Below, one piece after another: positions 46,887 to 55,887 of a stretch of 64,000 nt of DNA (within the stretch, counting starts at the first letter, position 1; every line of letters begins with the position of its first letter). The stretch is from Thermoproteota archaeon (lineage in GTDB: Archaea; Korarchaeota; Korarchaeia; B14-G2). The position numbers and the translations under genes were made by a program. Location of the stretch: NCBI GenBank assembly GCA_037917675.1, contig JAVCBW010000034.1, positions 20,489-84,488 of the forward strand, in the 5' to 3' direction. Under the pieces are notes generated by a model. That model ran no database searches. It was not told the DNA's origin and saw only the letters and a program-made list of their open reading frames with translations.

Positions 46887-47867
46887 ATGGAGTTGAGTAC
46901 AGTATACGGGCCAGTGCAGTCTTGGAGGTTTGGGAGGTCACTTGGCATAGATGCTATCAAGCCTCCGAAGAAGTGCACCTATAGCTGCATATACTGCCAG
47001 CTCGGGAGGACAGTACACTACCTCAGGTCTCCAAGAGATCTGAAGCAGCCTGTGACGTCAGAGGAGGTTGAAGCTGAGCTCAGGAGCTATGTCACCAAGC
47101 TCAGCACAGCTGACATAGACTTCGTTACGGTCTCAGGCTGTGGTGAGCCTACACTCAACCCCATGCTCAAGGGCATCATAGAGGCTGTCAGAAGAGTGCT
47201 CCCAGGGAAGCGTATAGTAGTCCTCACGAACTCATCTCTCATGCACCTAAGAGAGGTGAGGGAGGCTCTAGGTGAAGCTGACATCACAGTAGCAAAGCTA
47301 GATGCTGGAGACGAGAAGGCATACAGGCTAGTGAACAGGCCAGCTCCAGGTATGCCTGGAGTAAGAGAGCTTGCCTCCTCCATCAGGGAGGCGAGAAGTA
47401 TGCTCAAGTGCCTGATGCTCCAGGTCATGCTCCTAGAGACCACGTGGGGCTTTTCAAATGCAAGGCCACCACACTTAGATAGCCTACTAGACTTGATACT
47501 CGACATAAGCCCAGATGTGGTTCAGCTTGAAGTCCCATATAGGCCCCCAGCTGAGCCCTATGTTAAGGTGCCGCCGAGGGAGGATGTACTTAGTGCTCAC
47601 AAAGCTCTAGTAGGCTACTTTGGAGGAGACAGAGTCTGGACTTATGGACTCCACGATGAGCGTGGCAAGCCAGTCAGGTGGCTAGCTGAGGCTAGCGAGC
47701 ACATGGTGCTGGAGCTGCTTGCTAGAAGGCCCTGTACAGTACAGGAGCTAGCTCAGTCTCTAAGTATCCCTCAAGATGAAGTTGAGCTAACCTTAAAGTC
47801 TCTCCTTGAAAGAGGGTTGATCACCTACATGGAGTCAGGTGGCCTCGTGTACTATGTTGTGAGGTGA
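46887..47867 (+). CDS. Radical SAM protein with C-terminal winged-helix-like domain
   Basis: 326 aa; CTYSCIYC is a CxxxCxxC motif after GRSLGIDAIKPP; no C-terminal Cys cluster (no SPASM); tail LARRPCTVQELAQSLSIPQDEVELTLKSLLERGLI. Confidence 0.75.
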   Translation: MELSTVYGPVQSWRFGRSLGIDAIKPPKKCTYSCIYCQLGRTVHYLRSPRDLKQPVTSEEVEAELRSYVTKLSTADIDFVTVSGCGEPTLNPMLKGIIEAVRRVLPGKRIVVLTNSSLMHLREVREALGEADITVAKLDAGDEKAYRLVNRPAPGMPGVRELASSIREARSMLKCLMLQVMLLETTWGFSNARPPHLDSLLDLILDISPDVVQLEVPYRPPAEPYVKVPPREDVLSAHKALVGYFGGDRVWTYGLHDERGKPVRWLAEASEHMVLELLARRPCTVQELAQSLSIPQDEVELTLKSLLERGLITYMESGGLVYYVVR

Positions 47868-47871
47868 GCTC

Positions 47872-48279
47872 TTGAAGGTAGCTATCCCATGCTATAGCCC
47901 AGGTGGATTAAGCTCTCAGATCTGCCCCCACTTAGGTAGGTGTGATGTCTTCACGATAGCTGAGCTCAAGGGGAGAGAAGTGAGCTGCATAGAGCTTCTG
48001 CCCAATACAGGAGCACACATGGGAGGAGGCATGAGGCCAGCTGAGCTCCTAGCTCAAGCTGGAGTCGATGCTGTGCTCTGCCGTGGAATAGGGATGAGAG
48101 CTCTAGCTCTACTGAGCTCAAAGGGGATCAAGGTCTACTACACCTCAGCTTCCACAGCTAGAGAGGCCATAGAGGAGCTCCTTGAGGGGAGAGCTAGGCA
48201 CATGGATGAGGCTCTAGCATGTCCAGGAGAGCATCACCATAGGTGGAGCCATGGAGGAGCTCGTCATAGTCAGTGGTAA
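47872..48279 (+). CDS. NifX/NifB-type small protein
   Basis: 135 aa; MKVAIPC...HLGRCDVFTIAEL...VDAVLCRGIGMRA; TTG start; 3' end overlaps the next gene by 29 nt. Confidence 0.6.
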   Translation: MKVAIPCYSPGGLSSQICPHLGRCDVFTIAELKGREVSCIELLPNTGAHMGGGMRPAELLAQAGVDAVLCRGIGMRALALLSSKGIKVYYTSASTAREAIEELLEGRARHMDEALACPGEHHHRWSHGGARHSQW

Positions 48280-49135
48280 GGGGGGTGTAGGCAAGACATC
48301 AATTGCAGCCTCACTTGCAGTGCTTCTTTCAAGGAAGCTTAAGATCATAGCAGCAGACACAGATGTTGATGCACCGAACCTAGCGATAGTGCTGGGAGCA
48401 GAGCTCAGAAGAGAGCTTGAAGTCAGGAGCTCAGAGAAGGCTGTAGTAGACGCAGGCAAGTGCACAGGCTGCGGGAAGTGCGTTGAGGTCTGCAAGTTCA
48501 GCTCAATAACCCTAGCTGAGGGCAGAGCTGTAGTAGACAAGCTGACATGTGAAGGCTGTGGAGCATGTAGCATAGTCTGCCCAGCTGATGCAGTCAGAAT
48601 AATGCAGGTGAAGACTGGGGAAGTAGGTGTAGCAGAGACAGAGTATGGATTCAAGCTTGTATCAGGACACCTGGAGATAGGTGAAGCGAACTCAGGCCAT
48701 GTTGTGACAGCAGTGAAGTGGCTTGCTAGGAGGAGAGCTGAGGAGGACGGCGCTGACCTCATCATCGTAGATGGCCCACCAGGCATAGGGTGTCCTGTGA
48801 TAGCCTCACTTGCAGCTGCATCACATGCCGTAGTCGTCTCAGAGCCTACTCCAGCTGGAGCATGGAGCTTAACCAGGCTAATCCAAGTGATCAACCACTT
48901 CAAGATACCATTCATGCTGGTAGTCAACAAGTGGAGCCTAAGCCTCCAGTATGCTACAGCCCTAGAGGCTTTAGCTAAGCAAAGTGGTGGAGAGCCTGTT
49001 GCTAGGATCCCTGTAGACTACACGATAGCTGAGGCTATGGCGTTGAGGAAGCCTGTAGTAGCCTACAGGCCGGAGGCAGAGTCTTCGAAGGCCATAGCTA
49101 AGCTAGCTGACGTGATCCTAGAGAGGCTGAGCTGA
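48251..49135 (+). CDS. MinD/ParA-type P-loop ATPase with inserted 2x[4Fe-4S] ferredoxin domain
   Basis: Deviant Walker [11 protein letters not shown]; CTGCGKCVEVC and CEGCGACSIVCP. Confidence 0.8.
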   Translation: MEELVIVSGKGGVGKTSIAASLAVLLSRKLKIIAADTDVDAPNLAIVLGAELRRELEVRSSEKAVVDAGKCTGCGKCVEVCKFSSITLAEGRAVVDKLTCEGCGACSIVCPADAVRIMQVKTGEVGVAETEYGFKLVSGHLEIGEANSGHVVTAVKWLARRRAEEDGADLIIVDGPPGIGCPVIASLAAASHAVVVSEPTPAGAWSLTRLIQVINHFKIPFMLVVNKWSLSLQYATALEALAKQSGGEPVARIPVDYTIAEAMALRKPVVAYRPEAESSKAIAKLADVILERLS

Positions 49136-50064
49136 TGCCTAGGATAGCAGTGACAGGAGGTAAGGGAGGTACAGGGAAGACGACTATAGCAGTCAACATA
49201 GCATACACTCTAGCCCAAATGGGTGTCAGAGCCCTCTTAATAGATGCTGACGTAGATGCACCAAGCTGCTCAAGGCTCCTAGGTGTAGCCACAGCCAGAG
49301 TGCTTGATGTCAAATCCTTCCTCCCAGCAGTAGACTCAGAGAAGTGCATGATGTGTGGCCTATGTGCACAGGCATGCAGGCCACATGCCCTAGTCCATGT
49401 CGAAGGCAGGATCCCAATGCTCTTCCCAGAGCTCTGCTCAGGCTGTGAGGCATGTAAGCTAGTATGCCCAAGCAGCGCAATCAAAGAGTCCTCGAAGCTC
49501 CTAGGCTGGGTCAACATGGCAGAAGCACATGGAATAACCCTAGTGGAGGGAGAGCTGCAGCCAACTGAGGCCAGATCCACGCTAGTCCTACTGAAGGCAA
49601 TAGAGTATGCTAGAGGCTTGAGGTCAGAGAGAGGCTATGATGTAACCATAGTAGACACAGCTCCAGGAACACACTGCAATGTGATACATGCGATAAGGGG
49701 AGCTGACCTAGCTCTAGCAGTCACTGAGCCGACGCCACTAGGTGCACATGACCTTGAGCTCATCCTCAAGCTCACAGAAAAGCTCAGGGTCAAGGCTACA
49801 GTGGTCTTAAACAGAGCAGACCTACCTGGAGGCACACCATCTGAGGTGAGAGAAGTCGCTAGAAGACATAACGCCCCTATAGTAGCTGAGATACCACTAG
49901 ACCCACTAATCCAGAGCAGCCACATCCAAGGGAAGCCTGTCCTAGAGATAGCTCCCAGCTCCAGGGCAGCAGAAGCCTTCAGAGCTCTAGCTAAGACAGC
50001 GCTAAGGCTAGCTACACCTGAGCATGAGCCACAGAGTGAGCCTCCAGCTGCTAAATGCACCTAA
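49135..50064 (+). CDS. Second MinD/ParA-type P-loop ATPase with inserted 2x[4Fe-4S] ferredoxin domain
   Basis: GGKGGTGKTT; CMMCGLCAQAC and CSGCEACKLVCP; ATG overlaps the previous stop. Confidence 0.8.
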   Translation: MPRIAVTGGKGGTGKTTIAVNIAYTLAQMGVRALLIDADVDAPSCSRLLGVATARVLDVKSFLPAVDSEKCMMCGLCAQACRPHALVHVEGRIPMLFPELCSGCEACKLVCPSSAIKESSKLLGWVNMAEAHGITLVEGELQPTEARSTLVLLKAIEYARGLRSERGYDVTIVDTAPGTHCNVIHAIRGADLALAVTEPTPLGAHDLELILKLTEKLRVKATVVLNRADLPGGTPSEVREVARRHNAPIVAEIPLDPLIQSSHIQGKPVLEIAPSSRAAEAFRALAKTALRLATPEHEPQSEPPAAKCT

Positions 50065-50240
50065 GCACCGGCTTTCTAGCTTACACACATGTACCTGATA
50101 GCTTGCCTTCTCCAGATGGGTACATTAAACCTCTTACATGAAGGCGATAGAGCTCCTAGCTTCCAGGCTGTAGTAGGCGAGTTTAGCTTAATGATTCTAC
50201 TGCCATAAAGTTAAATATTATGATGCAGGGGCTATGCATC

Positions 50241-50277
50241 AATAACCTCCCGCATCATAACCAGCTAGGAGGTTATT
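50241..50277 (+). promoter_or_regulatory. Perfect 10-bp inverted repeat hairpin sequestering the SD-like GGAGGT of hyuA
   Basis: AATAACCTCC (50241-50250) / GGAGGTTATT (50268-50277), 17-nt loop; ATG at 50282; TATA-like AAGTTAAATATTA at 50208-50220. Confidence 0.45.
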
Positions 50278-50281
50278 CTTC

Positions 50282-52363
50282 ATGTATAGGGTTGGAGTAG
50301 ACATCGGTGGAACCTTCACAGACTTAGTTGCGCTGAGTGATGATGGTGAGCTTATCAACATAAAGGTACCGAGCACACCGCTAGCTCCAGAGAAGGGTGT
50401 TGTAGAAGCCTTAGTTGAGCTTCTAGCTGAGGTCAGTCCAGATGAGATAGATGTCGTTGTCCACGCGACCACCATAGCTACGAACGCTCTCCTAGGGCAG
50501 AAGGGGCTGAGCCTCCCGAAGACAGCTCTAATAACTACAAGGGGCTTCAGAGACATCATTGAAATAGGGAGGCAGAGGAGACCTAGACTCTACGACATCT
50601 TTTTCACGAAGCCTAGGCCTCTAGTCGAGAGGAGATATAGGTATGAGGTGACAGAGAGGATAGGGCCGAGAGGAGAGGTCATAAAACCCCTGAGCACTAG
50701 CGAAGTTGAAGATGCGGTTAAGGACATGCTTAAAGAGGGTGTTGAGGCTGCTGCAATAGGATTCCTGAACTCCTATGTGAACCCAGCTCACGAGCTTGAG
50801 GCTAAGAGGGTATTGCAGGAGATGGCTCCAAGCCTACATGTGACAGCTAGCTGCGAGATTTCACCAGAATACAGGGAATATGAGAGGATCAGCACTGCTG
50901 TCGTGAACTCGGTCCTTAAGCCCATAGTGTCTCTCTACGTTAAGAGACTTGAGAGCGAGCTCAGATCTCTCGGGGTCATGGCTCCACTCTACGTAATGCA
51001 GAGCAATGGAGGAATGGCTTCTACAGGCGTCGTGTCAGAGGCTCCAGTGACAGTAGTAGAGTCAGGGCCTGCTGCTGGGGTGATAGCTGCAGCATTCTAT
51101 AGCAGAGCTCTAGGGGTGAGCAACGTCATAAGCTTCGACATGGGTGGGACGACAGCTAAGGCAGGCTCAATATTCAGAGGGACACCAGAGCAGGTGGCAG
51201 AGTATGAGGTCGCTGGAGAGATTCATAAAGGTAGAGTAGTGAAGGGAAGCGGCTATCCAGTCAGGTTTCCATTCATAGATCTAGTTGAATGCAGTGCTGG
51301 AGGAGGAACTATAGCATGGGTCGACAAGGGAGGAGCGCTGAGGGTAGGCCCAGTGAGTGCTGGAGCAGACCCTGGGCCAGCATGCTATGGGCAGGGTGGA
51401 GAGGACCCTACGATAACGGATGCAAACCTGTTGCTAGGTAGGCTTAACCCCAGGTACCTGCTAGGAGGTAGGAAGAGGATATACAGAGAGCTAGCTGAGA
51501 AGGCCTTCAGAGAGAAGATATGTGAGCTGCTTGGAGCAGACTTGACTGAGGCTGCCATTGCAGTCATCGAGCTAGCGAACACAGAGATGTCAAAGATCCT
51601 CAGGATAGTCTCAGTTGAGAGGGGATATGACCCAAGAGACTTCTCTATGATAGCATTTGGAGGAGCAGGCCCAATGCACGCCTGCGCTCTAGCTGAGGAG
51701 CTCGATGTTAAGGAGGTGGTAATCCCTCCCAACCCAGGGCTCTTCTCAGCTCTAGGCCTCCTAGCAGCAGACTTCCAGCATGACTTCACTAAAGCTGTGA
51801 TGTCTAGGGCAAGTGAGCTGGAGCCAGCTAGCGTAGAGGAGGTTTTCAGGGAGCTAGAGGAGAGAGGCTCCAGGATCCTAGAGGAGGAGGGGGTCAGCCA
51901 GAGCCAGATGTCTTTCATCAGGAAGCTAGACCTCAGATATATCGGGCAGGCATATGAGCTCACTGTGCCGGCTTCAAGTCCCTTCGACAAGAGAGCTCTA
52001 GAGCAGGTGATAGAGGCATTCCACAGGAGGCACGAGGAAGTCTATGGGTATGCTGCGAGAGAGGAGGAAGTATATGTAGTCAATGCTAGGGTTACCGCAG
52101 TAGGCATCGTGAGAAAGCCTAAGCTGAAGAGGTATGTAGCTGGAGGAAGCCAGCCGCCAGCTCAAGCTGTGATCGAGGAGAGAGAAGCCTACTTCAGTAG
52201 AGGCTATGAGAGATGCAAGGTCTATCAGAGAGAGAAGCTGAAGCCTGGGAACACGATTGAGGGACCTGCTGTGATAGAGCAGTATGACTCAACTACAGTA
52301 GTGCACCCTAGCTTCCAGGCTACAGTAGACGAGTTCAGTAATCTCGTCTTAAGGAGGTGCTGA
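50282..52363 (+). CDS. hyuA: Hydantoinase/oxoprolinase family, A subunit
   Basis: 693 aa; N-terminal RVGVDIGGTFTDLV ASKHA-type motif and family-typical length. Confidence 0.85.
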   Translation: MYRVGVDIGGTFTDLVALSDDGELINIKVPSTPLAPEKGVVEALVELLAEVSPDEIDVVVHATTIATNALLGQKGLSLPKTALITTRGFRDIIEIGRQRRPRLYDIFFTKPRPLVERRYRYEVTERIGPRGEVIKPLSTSEVEDAVKDMLKEGVEAAAIGFLNSYVNPAHELEAKRVLQEMAPSLHVTASCEISPEYREYERISTAVVNSVLKPIVSLYVKRLESELRSLGVMAPLYVMQSNGGMASTGVVSEAPVTVVESGPAAGVIAAAFYSRALGVSNVISFDMGGTTAKAGSIFRGTPEQVAEYEVAGEIHKGRVVKGSGYPVRFPFIDLVECSAGGGTIAWVDKGGALRVGPVSAGADPGPACYGQGGEDPTITDANLLLGRLNPRYLLGGRKRIYRELAEKAFREKICELLGADLTEAAIAVIELANTEMSKILRIVSVERGYDPRDFSMIAFGGAGPMHACALAEELDVKEVVIPPNPGLFSALGLLAADFQHDFTKAVMSRASELEPASVEEVFRELEERGSRILEEEGVSQSQMSFIRKLDLRYIGQAYELTVPASSPFDKRALEQVIEAFHRRHEEVYGYAAREEEVYVVNARVTAVGIVRKPKLKRYVAGGSQPPAQAVIEEREAYFSRGYERCKVYQREKLKPGNTIEGPAVIEQYDSTTVVHPSFQATVDEFSNLVLRRC

Positions 52364-52365
52364 AC

Positions 52366-54075
52366 ATGGTCGTCGATTTAGTCACTATAGGTGTGGTCAA
52401 GGGGAAGCTGACGTATGCAGCTGAAGAAATGGGGATAGCACTCAGGAAGTCAGCTTACTCACCGAACATAAAGGAGAGAATGGACCACTCATGCGCGATA
52501 TTCGACGCCGAGAAGAGGCTTGTAGCTCAGGCAGAGCACATCCCCGTCCACCTAGGCTCCATGATCCTAGCAGTCCAGCAGGGCTTAGCAAGCTACCGTG
52601 GTGAGCTGGAGGAGGGAGACATGCTCCTCTTCAATGACCCCTACATAAGTGGTACTCACCTACCTGATATGACGCTGATTGCTCCAGTCTACTATAGAGG
52701 AGAGGTCATAGCTTATGTTGCGAATAAAGCTCACCACTCAGATGTAGGGGGGAAGGCTCCTGGAAGCATGCCAGGCGACTCAGCTGAGCTGTTCGAAGAA
52801 GGCATCATAATACCTCCAGTGAAGCTCGTTAAAGGAGGTAGGATAGACAGGGAGATAGCTGAGATCATCTTGAGCAACGTCAGGACACCAAGAGAGAGGA
52901 TGGGTGACCTGAGGGCTCAAGTTGCAGCAAACTTCCTCGGCATCAGGAGGATCATAGAGCTAGCTGAGAAGTATGGAGTAGAGAAGCTTGAGGCAGCTAT
53001 TGAGGAGATCTTGGCTCACTCAGAGCGCATGATGCGCCACGAGATAGAGAAGATACCTGATGGCGTATATAAGGCTGAAGACTACCTTGAGGACACAGGT
53101 ACATCAGATGAACCTGTCAAGATAGCTGTAGAGGTCACAGTGAGAGGAGACTCCATCAGGTTCGACTACACTGGCACTTCACTACAGGTCGATGCCCCAG
53201 TCAATGCTCCCCTTGGAGTGACTCTAGCAGGAGTCTTCTATGTTATGATCTGCATCACAGACCCTAGCATACCAGTCAATGATGGCTGCTATAGGCCTAT
53301 TGAAGTCCATGTCCCAGAGGGCACACTGCTGAACCCGAGGAGGCCTGCTGCAGTCTGCGGTGGAAACGTAGAGACATCTCAGAGGAATGTAGACACTCTC
53401 TTCAAGGCTCTAGCCCAGGCAGTTCCAGATAGGGTGTGTGCTGCAGGCTCAGGCACCATGAACAACATAAGCGTAGGGGGGGTTGACCCAAGGTCAGGTG
53501 AGCTCTGGGCTTTCTATGAGACCATAGGTGGAGGCTATGGGGCCAGACCTGGGCTAGATGGAGTCGACGGCGTACATGTCCACATGACCAACACAATGAA
53601 CACGCCGATAGAGGCTATAGAAGCCCAGTTTCCAATATTATTCCTCAGCTACAAGCTCAGAGAGGACAGTGGTGGCCCAGGGAAGTGGAGAGGTGGCTGC
53701 GGGATAGAGAGGAGCTGGAAGCTCCTAGCTCCATCAGCAACCCTCTCCATTCTAGCTGAGAGAAACAAGATGAGGCCATGGGGGCTCATGGGAGGCTTGG
53801 AGGGTGCTGCTGGAGAGCACCTCATAATAAGGGGAGGCACGGCTATGAGGCTGAAGTCTAAGTGCACGGTGAGGCTCCAGAAGGGAGATGTTCTTGTAGT
53901 GAGGACCCCAGGTGGAGGAGGCTATGGGAACCCACTTGAGAGGAGCATAGAGCTTGTCCTCAAGGATGTGAGGGATGGCCTAGTTTCACCTGAGGCAGCC
54001 CACAGGTACTACGGGGTTACAGTAGATCCTGAAACATGCCATGTCTACAGGCTACACAAGCTTCAGGGCCTTTGA
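52366..54075 (+). CDS. hyuB: Hydantoinase/oxoprolinase family, B subunit
   Basis: About 570 aa; start at ATG 52366 preceded by AGGAGGTG (52352-52359); family pattern (NDPY..GTHLPD). Confidence 0.85.
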   Translation: MVVDLVTIGVVKGKLTYAAEEMGIALRKSAYSPNIKERMDHSCAIFDAEKRLVAQAEHIPVHLGSMILAVQQGLASYRGELEEGDMLLFNDPYISGTHLPDMTLIAPVYYRGEVIAYVANKAHHSDVGGKAPGSMPGDSAELFEEGIIIPPVKLVKGGRIDREIAEIILSNVRTPRERMGDLRAQVAANFLGIRRIIELAEKYGVEKLEAAIEEILAHSERMMRHEIEKIPDGVYKAEDYLEDTGTSDEPVKIAVEVTVRGDSIRFDYTGTSLQVDAPVNAPLGVTLAGVFYVMICITDPSIPVNDGCYRPIEVHVPEGTLLNPRRPAAVCGGNVETSQRNVDTLFKALAQAVPDRVCAAGSGTMNNISVGGVDPRSGELWAFYETIGGGYGARPGLDGVDGVHVHMTNTMNTPIEAIEAQFPILFLSYKLREDSGGPGKWRGGCGIERSWKLLAPSATLSILAERNKMRPWGLMGGLEGAAGEHLIIRGGTAMRLKSKCTVRLQKGDVLVVRTPGGGGYGNPLERSIELVLKDVRDGLVSPEAAHRYYGVTVDPETCHVYRLHKLQGL

Positions 54076-54227
54076 AGCCTTGAGAAGCATTGAGCTAGAC
54101 TCGGAAGCCTGTTGTGGAAAGCACCTGGCCTCTGTGGCTACGCTAACGCCTTAAGAGTTAGGCTACATCAGTCTCAGCTGCTATAGCAGCTCAACACCCT
54201 CAGCTGCATGCTCTCTGCTGCCAGCAA

Positions 54228-54237
54228 CCTTTAAAGG
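54228..54237 (+). promoter_or_regulatory. TATA-like box (CCTTTAAAGG)
   Basis: Centre lies about 26 nt upstream of ATG 54259, predicting a leaderless mRNA. Confidence 0.45.
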
Positions 54238-54258
54238 AAAACCTGACGCTGAGCTCCC

Positions 54259-54891
54259 ATGTTACCGAGGATAGGCCTGCTTAGAGCTATAGTCGAGGGT
54301 GTGCTACAACTCATATCTGATGGAGGATATGTCGCTATCGGCTTCCTGATGGCTCTTGAAAGCGCGCTGATGCCTGTCCCCAGTGAGGTTGTAATGCCAT
54401 TCGCAGGCTACCTTGCCTATCTAGGTGTGCTCAGCCTCACTACCGCCACGATAGCTGGCTCCATCGGGAACCTGATAGGCTCTCTACTAGCCTACTATGC
54501 TGGGCTCTATGGGGGGAGGAGGTTTGTGGAGAAATATGGCCGCTACCTGATGCTGAGCAGGAGGCATCTAAGGCTTGCTGAAGAGTTTTTCTCTAGATAT
54601 GGGAGTGCTGCTGTGCTTATCTCACGTATGCTGCCAGTCATAAGGACTGTGATAGCCTTCCCAGCTGGTGTAGGGAGGATGAACCTAGCTAGGTTCTCAC
54701 TCTCCACTCTAGTTGGCTCTCTGCCATGGTGCTATGCGCTAGCCTACTCTGGCTACAGGCTAGGGCCCTACTGGAGCAAGGCTATGGAGCTCACTGAGAG
54801 CCTTGAGCTCGTCATCCTCCTAGCAGCTCCACCTGCCCTATACCTCATCTATAGGACACTGAAAGCTGGCAGTATGGAGGAGGATACTTAG
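54259..54891 (+). CDS. DedA-family membrane protein
   Basis: 210 aa; ALESALMPVPSEVVMPFAGYLA and RMLPVIRTVIAFPAG motifs. Confidence 0.75.
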   Translation: MLPRIGLLRAIVEGVLQLISDGGYVAIGFLMALESALMPVPSEVVMPFAGYLAYLGVLSLTTATIAGSIGNLIGSLLAYYAGLYGGRRFVEKYGRYLMLSRRHLRLAEEFFSRYGSAAVLISRMLPVIRTVIAFPAGVGRMNLARFSLSTLVGSLPWCYALAYSGYRLGPYWSKAMELTESLELVILLAAPPALYLIYRTLKAGSMEEDT

Positions 54892-55199
54892 GCTTAGGCG
54901 CTGCTAGTATAGTCTCCGCTTCAGGTTGAGCTGTGTCCAAGCATGATCTCACTGCTTAGCCTCTAGGTTAATCAGAGCTTTCTCTACAGCATATGTAGCT
55001 TTCTCCGCTGTCTGCCTACGCAGCCTGAAGTCTCCTAGCACAGCTCCTGGCCTCGTCTCCTCTAGGCTCCAGGTCTCTAAGTAGCTTAAGGCTGGAAGCT
55101 CTGTTGTAGGCTTGGCAGTGGAGGAAGTAGGGCTCTCCTCTCTTGACTACAGCTGACTTTAGCTCCATGATCCTTCTAGGAGGATGGAAGCTGGCTCCT

Positions 55200-55751
55200 C
55201 TAGGGGAGGCCGAGAGCAGCAAGCAAGCCTACTGAAATGAAGAGGGCTGAGGAGGCTAGCCTCAGAGGCCTCTCAGGGATCCTCTCACCGATCTTGTCTC
55301 CTATGGCTGCTGTGGCAGCTGCAGCAGTAGAGAGGGCTAGGAGAGATCCAGTGAACACAGCTAGCGGAGACCCTGTAGCTGCTGCAAACGCCATGCTAGA
55401 CAGCTGAGTTTTGTCTCCTAGCTCAGCTAGGAAGACTGATGTGAACACTGTAGCTATGGTGCCGGCTTCTCTCTTCTTCTCAGCTCTACTCCTCAAGCTG
55501 AGCACTCCAGCTGCAGTGAACATGGCTCCAGCTGCAGCTCTCACAGCTCTCTCTGGGAGCATGCATCCAGTATAGTAGCCTAGAGCTATGCTTACAGCCT
55601 GGACTAAAGCGAAGGCTGGTATGGCTCCAGCTATCGTCCTAGCTGCCCCAGCTCTCAAGCTGAAGGCCAAGACAGCTAGCTGGGTCTTGTCAGCTAGCTC
55701 AGCTACCAAGACTGCCGTGAAAACAGCTAGGAGAAGCTTCCAAGCTAGCAC
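55200..55751 (-). CDS. GDT1/TMEM165 (UPF0016) family cation transporter
   Basis: 183 aa; duplicated E-x-G-D-K-T-type motifs (ELADKTQ, ELGDKTQ). Confidence 0.8.
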   Translation of the reverse strand: MLAWKLLLAVFTAVLVAELADKTQLAVLAFSLRAGAARTIAGAIPAFALVQAVSIALGYYTGCMLPERAVRAAAGAMFTAAGVLSLRSRAEKKREAGTIATVFTSVFLAELGDKTQLSSMAFAAATGSPLAVFTGSLLALSTAAAATAAIGDKIGERIPERPLRLASSALFISVGLLAALGLP

Positions 55752-55848
55752 ATGCAGCTAGGGTCAGCCTGGTATATAAGCTAGCCTACAGCTACTATGA
55801 GCTCAATAGCCATAAGCTCGTAGATGAATGCTCACATAGCTCAGATAC

Positions 55849-55858
55849 GCTTAAATAT
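55849..55858 (+). promoter_or_regulatory. TATA-like box (GCTTAAATAT)
   Basis: Centre lies about 34 nt upstream of ATG 55888, favouring that start over GTG 55864. Confidence 0.4.
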
Positions 55859-55887
55859 GGCATGTGAGCTCAGTCAGGTGGGTAGCC

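Noticed and set aside
45638-47867. Trp/Tyr-rich peptide as a RiPP precursor for the neighbouring radical SAM enzyme
   Set aside because: The idea is attractive because radical SAM enzymes cross-link Trp and Tyr in known RiPPs. However, this radical SAM protein has no SPASM/twitch Cys cluster or obvious RRE, there is no protease or exporter, and the peptide has DUF5320-like ends. It remains only a remote alternative.
48214-48930. 238-aa minus-strand ORF
   Set aside because: It lies antisense to the MinD/ferredoxin gene, which has unambiguous Walker A and 4Fe-4S motifs. Its translation is low-complexity and Ser/Thr/Ala/Pro-rich, so it is a shadow ORF caused by codon bias.
51385-51990. 201-aa minus-strand ORF
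   Set aside because: It lies antisense to hyuA and has low-complexity Ser/Leu-rich sequence, so it is a shadow ORF.
55016-55222. 68-aa minus-strand ORF, and the 90-aa plus-strand ORF at 55824-56096
   Set aside because: The first lies in a spacer with no promoter-like box and overlaps the GDT1 gene end. The second is an alternative frame over the htpX 5' region.
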